Source of the DNA: a virus
Taxonomy: Duplodnaviria > Heunggongvirae > Uroviricota > Caudoviricetes
IMG/VR virus record: IMGVR_UViG_3300046804_001959
Direction: 5' to 3' (one strand)
Length of the DNA: 36,150 bases
Numbering within the stretch: the first letter of the stretch is position 1; each line of letters starts with the position of its first letter. The notes below the pieces were generated by a model. It was not told the origin of the DNA. It did not search any database and worked only from the letters and a program-made list of their open reading frames with translations. Shown here in pieces: positions 9,955 through 18,063 of the stretch. The position numbers and the translations under genes were made by a program.

Positions 9955-11000
9955 TGGCTACAACGTTTGAGGAACAGTTCGATGCCGAGTTTGGTACAGA
10001 TAAAAAGCGAGAGTTACAGTTTAGTTCCAACGGTGTTGCGAAGCCTGTAAACTCTGAGATCGACACAAAGAACTTCTCTGCAACAAGAAATCGTAGAAAA
10101 AGTTTTGACATCTCTACTTTCAGAGCAGAAGTTACAGAAATAGACGGTGTTCTTCCTACTCATAGCTTCTTAGTAAGGTTCGCTCCGATGGATTGGGTGA
10201 AGCCTTTCCCATCAGCAGATCGAAATAGTATCGATGAGATGCTGACGATGAGATGCGACAACGTTATTCTTCCGTCCATCAACCTTTTACAAGAACAGAA
10301 CATTCGTAGATACGGTTTCGGACCAGTAGAAAACGTTGCTTATGGTGTTAACGTCGGCGACTTTAGCTTGCAGTTTATCGTTGACAGAAATGCATGGGTA
10401 GTGGATTTCTTCGAAGCGTGGCTAAACAAGATCGTGAACCGTGACTCATACGGCGGAGCTAACATGAATGCCGATGTCGGCGGCGGAAGAACGCCTTACG
10501 AGGTCGCGTATAAAGATTCATACGCATGTTCTTCTGTAAACGTGTTCATCTACGATCGGGCGCAGAACACTGTCATGGAATACAATATCTACGATGTGTT
10601 CCCTACTGGCATTCAGAGCATGAACATGTCATGGTCAGAAGAGAACGCTATGATGAGACTCAACATCACGTTCTCGTTCACAGACCTTCGTATTCGACCG
10701 AAAGCGAGTTTATTTGGGCAGTCTGCTGCAGAAGCTCCGAGCGCACCGGTTTCCGATGTTATCACGAAGATGATGGAAGCCGGAGATAGACCTCTGGTTG
10801 ATCCATCGTTGGTAGTTTCTCTTGATCAACAGACAGCTACCGATCTTTCGAACTTACCTGTCGTGATCGGTGATGGGCCGAATGGAGCGCTTCGTACATT
10901 TGGAACTCCAGAAGATACTGCTCCTTTAGGAACAAGCAGTCCAGAAGTAACACCGCCTACATCACGTGATCCGTTCGGACAACCACAAATACTAGCATAA
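9954..11000 (+). CDS. Baseplate-tail tube initiator (gp54/gp19-like fold)
   Basis: Tail-tube-type core (FFEAWLNKIV..YKDSY..YDVFPTGIQSMNMSWS..LNITFSF); sits between gp2 and gp26. Confidence 0.75.
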   Translation: MATTFEEQFDAEFGTDKKRELQFSSNGVAKPVNSEIDTKNFSATRNRRKSFDISTFRAEVTEIDGVLPTHSFLVRFAPMDWVKPFPSADRNSIDEMLTMRCDNVILPSINLLQEQNIRRYGFGPVENVAYGVNVGDFSLQFIVDRNAWVVDFFEAWLNKIVNRDSYGGANMNADVGGGRTPYEVAYKDSYACSSVNVFIYDRAQNTVMEYNIYDVFPTGIQSMNMSWSEENAMMRLNITFSFTDLRIRPKASLFGQSAAEAPSAPVSDVITKMMEAGDRPLVDPSLVVSLDQQTATDLSNLPVVIGDGPNGALRTFGTPEDTAPLGTSSPEVTPPTSRDPFGQPQILA

Positions 11001-11023
11001 TTTTATTATAACAGGAGAATATA

Positions 11024-11734
11024 ATGCCTTTGCCAAAAATTGATCAACCTCTTTTTGACGTGATCGTTCCTTCTACAGGAAAGAAGATTCTGTTCAGACC
11101 GTTCTTGGTCAAAGAAGAGAAGCTTCTGTTGATCTCTCAACAGGGCGGTGAAGATACTGAAGTGATCAGAGCTATCAAGCAGATCCTGCGTCTGTGTGTC
11201 CAAGACGAAGGTTTCGATGTCGATCGTCTTACTACTTTTGATCTCGAGTACTTGTTCTTGAAGCTGCGTGCGAAGTCTGTCAACAACGTTGTCAAGCTTT
11301 CGTATCGCGATAACGAAGACAACAAGGTTTATAACTTTGATCTAGATCTTGATACGATCGAAGTAGAGATGCCAGAAGGTGTAGACTCGAATATCGAGTT
11401 GAACGATACTATCTCGATGGTGATGAAGTACCCAAGTGCTAGCATCACAGATAAGATCAAGCAGTTCGATAACGAAGTCGATCTTATGACGTTCTTCATC
11501 GTCAACTGCATTGATACGATTCTAACGCCAGATGAGATTTTCCCTGCATCAGATTACTCTGATAAAGAACTCGAAGAGTTTCTCGATCAACTGCCGATCA
11601 CCGCTTTCGAAAAGATTCGTGCGTTCTTTGAAAAGATGCCGAAGCTATATCATAAGATCGAGTACAAGAACGAGCTTGGAAACGACAGGAGTATCGAGTT
11701 AAATAATCTCAAAGATTTTTTTATGTGGCGCTGA
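11024..11734 (+). CDS. gp26: Baseplate hub subunit / assembly chaperone gp26
   Basis: MPLPKI..PSTGKKILFRPFLVKEEKLLL..FDLEYLFLKLRAKSV..FFEKMPKL..DFF; SD CAGGAG upstream. Confidence 0.93.
   Translation: MPLPKIDQPLFDVIVPSTGKKILFRPFLVKEEKLLLISQQGGEDTEVIRAIKQILRLCVQDEGFDVDRLTTFDLEYLFLKLRAKSVNNVVKLSYRDNEDNKVYNFDLDLDTIEVEMPEGVDSNIELNDTISMVMKYPSASITDKIKQFDNEVDLMTFFIVNCIDTILTPDEIFPASDYSDKELEEFLDQLPITAFEKIRAFFEKMPKLYHKIEYKNELGNDRSIELNNLKDFFMWR
11716..11722 (+). other. Candidate -1 ribosomal frameshift heptamer T TTT TTT
   Basis: GAT TTT TTT ATG near the end of gp26; the -1 frame is the open gp51 frame. Confidence 0.65.
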
Positions 11735-11907
11735 GCCACACATCTTTGCCAAACTACTATAGTATGATCTTTGCTTTGGCTCAGCATCACAAATACTCGA
11801 TTACAGAGATCGAAGCTTTGATACCTTATGAGAGAGATCTATACGTCGACATGTTGATGAATCATCTTGAAGAACAGAAACGAGAGATAGAGAGTAGAAG
11901 AAAGTAA
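11725..11907 (+). CDS. gp51: Baseplate hub assembly catalyst gp51 (possibly made as a gp26-gp51 frameshift fusion)
   Basis: LSHTSLPNYYSMIFALAQHHKYSITEIEALIPYERDLYVDML is the gp51 signature. GTG start has no obvious SD. Confidence 0.88.
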   Translation: MALSHTSLPNYYSMIFALAQHHKYSITEIEALIPYERDLYVDMLMNHLEEQKREIESRRK

Positions 11908-14090
11908 TGGCAGGAAAAGGTGGAGGCCGCGCAGCGGCTGCACGGATCGGAGCGGAAGTAATCGGAGAAACCATTGAAGGTATCTTCGGTTTGGCGTCGG
12001 CTACTGTCTCCGCTGCCGGTGAAGCCGCAAAAGGAATCGGTACCGCGGTAGGTGGTGCTCTCGAAGGTGCACTCAGCCCTGCTCCAGTGACTGTCGTGAA
12101 CAATGTAGGAATGGCAGGAGAAGCTGCTAAGGCAAAGGTTACTGGCGGCGGATCTATTCCTACTGCTCCGAAGAAAGCTGCAAAGCCTGTAGCCAACGTC
12201 AAGATGCCTACTGAGAAGCTTCTTGTTATTGCTGTCAACTACCTATCATCGATCGAAAAGACTCTCGAATCTCAACTCAACTTTGAAAGAACTGCTGCTG
12301 CTCAACAAGCTCAAGCAGAAAGAGAAGCTGCTATCGAGGATACGGCATCTCCTACATCTTCTTTTAAAAGTTTAGGAGAAAAGCTTGGAGGTCTGAAAGA
12401 AGACGCGACTGATAGAGCCAGTGCTCTAACTAAAGCCGTTCTTGGAACAGGAGCACTTGCCGGGTTTACATTACTTGGTCTCGGAGAGATGGACAAGTCT
12501 GAGCTAGAAAATCTGAAGAAGAACTGGACTGAGTTCACTGACCAATGGAAATGGGTAACAGATATTCTTGAACCAGTGTTAGAACACTCTGGTTGGGGAA
12601 CCTTTATAGGTTATATGATCGCCGGGCCGAGAGGCGCTGTAGCAGGTTGGTTTGGTGATTTTATCAAAGATATTACTAATAGTGATCTTGCAGCATGGAC
12701 AACGAGTGCAACGGTGGCCACTGGTTTAGGATTATTTGGTAAAACTGCAAGAACTCTATTGTTTAGAACACCCGGAGGTCTAGCTGCATTAGGCACCGCC
12801 GCTACTTTGGCTGGTACTGAAGCGGCTTTTACTTCTACGCAATCATCTGAACAAAAGAAGTTTGCAGATTTCTTTATGAAATATGGTCTGTATGTACAAG
12901 AATGGAGTGAAAACAGTCTTGTAGCAAAGAAATACCGTATTAGTATCCCAGAAAGAAAGATTAATATTGTTAATATTACTCAAGCTCAGCTTAGAGGAAG
13001 TGATAGACCGGCAGACAAGTATTACTATTGGTATATGGTTCTTGAAGCCAGTTGGATGAGAGGTGGAAGTGCAGTAAGAGCTCAGCAGTGGCTCGATTCT
13101 CCCGCTGCTCAAGAGTGGCTAAACAAGTATTTCCCTATTTCAACCGATGCTACGGTTGTACCTCCTGCAAATGATAATGCATCTGAAATTTCAGATGCAA
13201 GCCCTGCAGCATCTTCTTCAGCAACACCCGACGCCGAGGCTCTTCCACCTGCTGCAACTGGTTCGATCGACGCTATTCTTGACAAGAATCCAGAGCAACT
13301 TTCTGATGCAGAACTAAGACAGCTCGTAGAAGCACAAGGTCGCATCGAAGATCCGAACGGAAGAACGAACAATCCGGGTGGTATTCTTTACGGAACTGGA
13401 CCTCTACAAGAACATCAGATTGGATCGGTAGGTGCTAACGCTGATAGTTCAGTGAAGATCGCAGTATATGATACTCCAGAAAACGGTATTCGTGCTGCGA
13501 TGGAAAACTGGAGAAACTCTCGCTACTATCGAGGTAAATCTGTAAGAGAAGGCCTTGGAACTTGGTCTGGAGGAAACGGCGCTCACTATGCACAGATGCT
13601 AGGATCTGTCCGTCCAGGGTATGAAGGCACTTCTAATCCACAAGCCGAATCTGGTGGCAGTGGACTAGCATCTGGCCTGTGGGAAATGACTAAGGGTGCT
13701 ATCGAAGCGGTATCTAATATTATGTCTGCAGCTGCAGGAAAGTACACTCCTACTAAAGGTTCTCAGCTCACATCGTTCAACACTGATATGAAATCGAGTA
13801 GCTCTGTTTCTCCATCTTCTTCGCCTTCAGCTTCATCTGCTGCTGCGCCAATGACTCCACCGCCCGATCCAAAAGTTTCTCAGCTAAACAGCATTTCGAC
13901 TCAGATTCAAACTGCGGTCGATCTTGGAAACGCAAAAGATTCTCAGACGAACATGATGACAAATGTACCATCTGGACAAGCATCTCTTCGTAGTGCATCT
14001 CCAGATGGTAAGCTCGAAGCGATCGATCCTAACTATCCTGGAACAGGTGGCATCGAAGCCTACCTTCAGTACTATAGATTGGCTGCGTAA
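11907..14090 (+). CDS. Tape-measure/gp29-like virion protein A with a lysozyme-like domain
   Basis: Follows gp51. Ala/Gly-rich N-terminus, coiled coil, hydrophobic helices, then RTNNPGGI...YDTPENGIRAA...W..G...Y, a phage lysozyme-like motif set. Confidence 0.7.
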   Translation: MAGKGGGRAAAARIGAEVIGETIEGIFGLASATVSAAGEAAKGIGTAVGGALEGALSPAPVTVVNNVGMAGEAAKAKVTGGGSIPTAPKKAAKPVANVKMPTEKLLVIAVNYLSSIEKTLESQLNFERTAAAQQAQAEREAAIEDTASPTSSFKSLGEKLGGLKEDATDRASALTKAVLGTGALAGFTLLGLGEMDKSELENLKKNWTEFTDQWKWVTDILEPVLEHSGWGTFIGYMIAGPRGAVAGWFGDFIKDITNSDLAAWTTSATVATGLGLFGKTARTLLFRTPGGLAALGTAATLAGTEAAFTSTQSSEQKKFADFFMKYGLYVQEWSENSLVAKKYRISIPERKINIVNITQAQLRGSDRPADKYYYWYMVLEASWMRGGSAVRAQQWLDSPAAQEWLNKYFPISTDATVVPPANDNASEISDASPAASSSATPDAEALPPAATGSIDAILDKNPEQLSDAELRQLVEAQGRIEDPNGRTNNPGGILYGTGPLQEHQIGSVGANADSSVKIAVYDTPENGIRAAMENWRNSRYYRGKSVREGLGTWSGGNGAHYAQMLGSVRPGYEGTSNPQAESGGSGLASGLWEMTKGAIEAVSNIMSAAAGKYTPTKGSQLTSFNTDMKSSSSVSPSSSPSASSAAAPMTPPPDPKVSQLNSISTQIQTAVDLGNAKDSQTNMMTNVPSGQASLRSASPDGKLEAIDPNYPGTGGIEAYLQYYRLAA
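13680..13790 (+). repeat. Copy 1 of a 111-nt coding repeat shared by the two tape-measure-like genes
   Basis: Encodes WEMTKGAIEAVSNIMSAAAGKYTPTKGSQLTSFNTDM; aligns without gaps to 15890-16000. Confidence 0.9.
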
Positions 14091-16237
14091 TGGCTGAACC
14101 TATCACGATCGGCGGTCAAACATTTATCAAAACAGAAGACGGCTGGATAGACAAGAAAACGAAGGTCAGAGCTCCTGAAGGGTTGACTACTCTTCTGGAA
14201 AAGATGAACGTCGACAACACACCTCAAGAAAAGAAGAAGCGTGTTCGTATCGACACGAGTAGACCGATCGTCAAGCTCGGAAAGAGCGAGTACGTTTGGG
14301 ACCTGAACGGAAAGACATGGATCGATAAGAAGACTAAAGATCCAGTCAACCCAAACTTTAGTAAGCTGATCGAAGCCACGTATCAGAGCATCGAAGAAGG
14401 TGTAACACCCGATGATCAGCTTTATAAGAAGCAAATCTCGGATGCTGCATCTAAAAGCATGGGTACTGCAGGCCAAGCAGCCAAGCAGAAGGTGAAGAAG
14501 CCGACTGGTAAAGGGCAGTTCGCTGTTCCGAACGTGAAGATCAACTCTCCTATCGTGAAGATGATCGAGAAACTGGCTACGATCGATACTTACTTAAAGC
14601 AGCGTCTTGAAAATCAGAAGATGACTGCTGCTAAAAATATCGTTGCAGCAAAAGAACAACAGATCGAGTCTACTGCCGCCATCGATGCGCAGCCAGTTAT
14701 CGATGAAGAAAAGATAGATGCTGAAGTAGAAGCTGAGAACAAAAAAGCTAACGCGGCGATGATTGCTTTTGGAATCGGTGCTGCAGGTTTGATAGCTTCG
14801 CAGTTCGATCCCGTCAAAGAAGCGTTTACCGGAGTAGTAGACTTTGCGAAAGGTGTATACGGTTATCTCAAAGATTTCATAAGCATCACAAACAGTGGGC
14901 TCGAGACTATCAATTCAATGGGAAGATCAATTGGATTAGGAGAAAAAACTTCTACTCCTACATCTGGATCTCCGGCATCGAGCAACTCTGGAAATGACTC
15001 TGCATCTATGCAGAGTCCTGTAGCGACTCAAGTTTCTAACCCACAAGATTCTGCTAATCCCGTTCAGAGTTCTGCACCTGTTGCAACAAGCAACGGAGAT
15101 GAGATCGTAGTCACTGCACCGAGAAGATCAACTTCATCATCATCTTCGTCTTCGACCTCATCAGATGAGATAGTAGTTACAGCTCCGCGCAGATCATCTT
15201 CAAGATCTTCTTCATCGAGTTCTTCATCTTCAGGATCTTCTGATGCATCTCGTCAATCGGCACCTCCCCCTACAAGCGCTGCTCCAGTACAAACAAATTC
15301 AGAACTATCTGAAGCTCAGAACGGTACTGTGTGGGCTGGAACAGATGCATCTGGTATGAAGACATTTGTTCGTAAGATTAACAATAAGTTCGAAACGTGG
15401 ACCTCGACAGACGGCACTCACTATGATATCGATGAAAGCCAAGCGCAAGCACAAATATCTTCTCGCGGGCTGCGTAATGTAAACACTGGATCAGATCAGC
15501 GTCAAGCAACTGGCCAGCAAACAATACCGCAAAATAATATTGTAGAATTAGGAAGATACCTGCAAAGTCAAGGCCTTCGTATTTCTGGGCACTCACAGTT
15601 TGGAGGCCAAGAACGAGGAAGTCATAGTGCCAACTCTAGACACTATCGCGATATGGCTATCGATGTCAACGTCGGAACAGGATTAAGGGAAGCAGATGAT
15701 CCTACAGCCGGTGCACGCTTCGATAAGTTAGCTACAGATCTTCGAGCAGCCGGATACAGTGTTATCTGGAGAGCAAAAGATCACTACGATCACTTACACG
15801 TTTCAGTAGGAGGCCCTGAAAGCGCAGGAAGCAGCGGCGAAGGTGCTGACAGCGATAGCAGTCTGATCAGCAATATAGCAAAAGGCGGTTGGGAAATGAC
15901 CAAAGGCGCCATCGAAGCGGTATCTAACATCATTCGAGCTGGTGCAGGAGAATACAAAACTACTACCGGATCTCAGCTCACTTCGTTCGATACTGAGATG
16001 GTAGGAAAAATCAATGCAGCTGCTCGAGAAAAGAATGCAGCCATGGCAGATGCAAAGACAACAGAAGATGTGAAGAAGGTATCCGATCCTCTTAACCTAA
16101 ATGCTAAGAGCGGATCTCCGGTAGTCCAAAACTTGGCATCGTCTGCTGATATCGATCAGGTTCAAAAGTATCTTACTCGTATGGGATTCCCAAAGATCGA
16201 GTATCACATACAGACTCCAAAGATGAACGTGGCATAA
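14090..16237 (+). CDS. Tape-measure-like virion protein B with an M15/LAS-type Zn peptidase domain and two TonB-box-like motifs
   Basis: HYRDMAID (H-x6-D) and HYDHLHVS (H-x-H) Zn motifs; DEIVVTAPRRS twice in a Ser-rich linker; WIDKKTK twice at the N-terminus. Confidence 0.7.
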   Translation: MAEPITIGGQTFIKTEDGWIDKKTKVRAPEGLTTLLEKMNVDNTPQEKKKRVRIDTSRPIVKLGKSEYVWDLNGKTWIDKKTKDPVNPNFSKLIEATYQSIEEGVTPDDQLYKKQISDAASKSMGTAGQAAKQKVKKPTGKGQFAVPNVKINSPIVKMIEKLATIDTYLKQRLENQKMTAAKNIVAAKEQQIESTAAIDAQPVIDEEKIDAEVEAENKKANAAMIAFGIGAAGLIASQFDPVKEAFTGVVDFAKGVYGYLKDFISITNSGLETINSMGRSIGLGEKTSTPTSGSPASSNSGNDSASMQSPVATQVSNPQDSANPVQSSAPVATSNGDEIVVTAPRRSTSSSSSSSTSSDEIVVTAPRRSSSRSSSSSSSSSGSSDASRQSAPPPTSAAPVQTNSELSEAQNGTVWAGTDASGMKTFVRKINNKFETWTSTDGTHYDIDESQAQAQISSRGLRNVNTGSDQRQATGQQTIPQNNIVELGRYLQSQGLRISGHSQFGGQERGSHSANSRHYRDMAIDVNVGTGLREADDPTAGARFDKLATDLRAAGYSVIWRAKDHYDHLHVSVGGPESAGSSGEGADSDSSLISNIAKGGWEMTKGAIEAVSNIIRAGAGEYKTTTGSQLTSFDTEMVGKINAAAREKNAAMADAKTTEDVKKVSDPLNLNAKSGSPVVQNLASSADIDQVQKYLTRMGFPKIEYHIQTPKMNVA
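15098..15196 (+). repeat. Tandem DEIVVTAPRRS peptide repeat (TonB-box-like)
   Basis: Identical 11-aa peptides at residues 337 and 359, with synonymous codon differences. Confidence 0.9.
15890..16000 (+). repeat. Copy 2 of the 111-nt coding repeat
   Basis: Encodes WEMTKGAIEAVSNIIRAGAGEYKTTTGSQLTSFDTEM. Confidence 0.9.
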
Positions 16238-16265
16238 AAGAAAGGGCGACCGAAGCCGCCCTTTC
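16236..16265 (-). terminator. Rho-independent terminator (UUCG hairpin) between convergent genes, possibly bidirectional
   Basis: Minus strand reads GAAAGGGCGGC-TTCG-GTCGCCCTTTC-TTTT. Confidence 0.88.
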
Positions 16266-16272
16266 CCACCTA

Positions 16273-17172
16273 TCAATCTTCTTCAGCAAGTCGCTTGAAG
16301 AAATCAAGATCATCGTCGTCATCATCGACCGTCTTTGAAGGTGCAGGAGCCGCAGCTGCTGCCTTGAACGTAGGTGCCGGAGCACTGTATTCATCTTCAT
16401 CGAGATCGACCCCACGAATCTTGGCAGGTTCTGCCGTGACAGCGAGGACCGTATTCAGACGAGCCTTCAGTTCGTCATAAGACTTGAACTGCTTCGGCGA
16501 TACCAGCTCAGCGAGCGAGTATTCCGAGTTGTAAACGCGTTCAAGCTCAGCGTCATCATCGAACAGTGGTGCGGGAGAGTCGAATTCTGACTTATCGTAG
16601 TTAGGCCAACCTTCGACCTTACGAATCTTGAGCTTGAAGTTAGCGCCCGTCCAAAGATCGAAAGGATTTACTGGCTTCTCGTCCTCAAACGCGGGGTTCA
16701 TGAGGTCGTTAAGCTTGTCGAAGATCTTCTTACCGTACTTGTACAGGAAGACCTTACCTTCGTTGGCAGGGTTACCCGGATCCTTCACAACATAGATGTT
16801 GCTGTAGTATGCCAGGCGACGCTTCTGCTTGCGAGCGATTTCCTTATCAGAGTCAAGACCAGTGTTCCAAAGAACGCTGTTGTACTCCGATACGGGATCG
16901 TTCTGACCGAGAGTCGTCAGCGACTTCTCGATGTACCAAAGTCCGGTCGGACCTTGGAATCCATGGTCCCAAATGCGAGTGAATGGGATATCTTCTCCTG
17001 CAGGTGCAGGAAGGAAACGAATGACGGCGTATCCGTTGCCAGCCTTATCGACTGTCGGCTTCCAATACTTGCCCTCATCGGGATCTGTGTAGGTGGTGTT
17101 CTGCTTAGCGAGTTCTTGCGTGAGCTTCTGGAACGAAGAGGTGGAAGAACGCTTAAGATCAGCAAATGACAT
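16273..17172 (-). CDS. gp32: Single-stranded DNA-binding protein gp32
   Basis: WKPTVDKAGNGYAVIRFLPAP, WYIEKSLTTLG, NEGKVFLYKYGKKIFDK, NPFDLWTGANFKLKIRKVEG.NYDKSEF, and an acidic tail. Confidence 0.97.
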   Translation of the reverse strand: MSFADLKRSSTSSFQKLTQELAKQNTTYTDPDEGKYWKPTVDKAGNGYAVIRFLPAPAGEDIPFTRIWDHGFQGPTGLWYIEKSLTTLGQNDPVSEYNSVLWNTGLDSDKEIARKQKRRLAYYSNIYVVKDPGNPANEGKVFLYKYGKKIFDKLNDLMNPAFEDEKPVNPFDLWTGANFKLKIRKVEGWPNYDKSEFDSPAPLFDDDAELERVYNSEYSLAELVSPKQFKSYDELKARLNTVLAVTAEPAKIRGVDLDEDEYSAPAPTFKAAAAAPAPSKTVDDDDDDLDFFKRLAEED

Positions 17173-17235
17173 AATTATCTCCTATATGTCGTTGTTTACG
17201 GTATGTTTCGATGTGTTTGCAACGTGCTGCAATTC

Positions 17236-17243
17236 TATTTATC
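17236..17243 (-). promoter_or_regulatory. Late-promoter-like GATAAATA upstream of gp32
   Basis: One mismatch to TATAAATA, at the gp59/gp32 junction. Confidence 0.5.
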
Positions 17244-17817
17244 ATGAAGTGAAGACGTCCTTGACAATTTTTCTACACTTGAATACATCATAATGAAAGA
17301 ACGGCTTGTACTTCAGCAGCTTCTTGTGGATGCTGGGCCATAGGACTGTATCCTCAATCTTCTTGTTCCAATGACCGAAGAACCCGAAGATATCGTTGAG
17401 GATGATCACCGTCTCGATTGAAATCTCGCGACGAAGATACTGTTTCAACAGATAGGGATGTTGTCCATTCTTTACAATAACATTATCGTTGAAATTTGTA
17501 CATAGTTTTTTCATATCCTGTTCAAAGATATAAGACAGAGACTGTTGTCTCCGCACCCATTCGTTGTACACTTTCTCAGAGTCATCGCTGAACAGATCGC
17601 CTATCCATTTGAGATCGCCGTCTACGAAGTTGGCGACCAGATACTTGAGTGGATCTTTGTGCTTCGACAACTTGTAGAACTGATACTTGTCCTTACGTAC
17701 ATCGAAACTGGCAGGACGAGCGCCTACCTTGCCGTTGTACTTGACGTAGTCGTAGCTGTCTGTAGTGAAGTGATTTTTAAGGGCGAGAAAGGTGGTGTAG
17801 CTCTCGAAAGGAGTCAT
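17242..17817 (-). CDS. gp59: Helicase loader gp59
   Basis: FESYTTFLALKNHFT..YDYVKYNGK..RKDKYQFYKLS..ISIETVIIL..KYKPF; directly upstream of gp32. Confidence 0.92.
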   Translation of the reverse strand: MTPFESYTTFLALKNHFTTDSYDYVKYNGKVGARPASFDVRKDKYQFYKLSKHKDPLKYLVANFVDGDLKWIGDLFSDDSEKVYNEWVRRQQSLSYIFEQDMKKLCTNFNDNVIVKNGQHPYLLKQYLRREISIETVIILNDIFGFFGHWNKKIEDTVLWPSIHKKLLKYKPFFHYDVFKCRKIVKDVFTS

Positions 17818-18059
17818 ACAGGTAGCTTTGCCCTCTTCGGAAGAAAGTTGAGTTCTTCTGCTTCGTCTTGAAGCTTGGCCTTGATTCGAAGGTTGCTACG
17901 AATGATACCTGCAGCAGCCTCGAGTTCGATGTTATTCTTTTCACAGTAGTGGACGACGGCATCCATATAGTCCAGATTGTACCTCGTCACGAGATTCTCG
18001 ATCTCTTTAATAAACTTTTCAGAAGTCAACGCTTTACCAGAAATGACGTCGTCCACCAT
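17814..18059 (-). CDS. gp33: Late transcription co-activator gp33
   Basis: YMDAVVHYCEKNNIELE..KAKLQDEAEELNFLPKRAKLPV. Start set at ATG 18059, with SD GAGGA. Confidence 0.9.
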   Translation of the reverse strand: MVDDVISGKALTSEKFIKEIENLVTRYNLDYMDAVVHYCEKNNIELEAAAGIIRSNLRIKAKLQDEAEELNFLPKRAKLPV

Positions 18060-18063
18060 ATGA

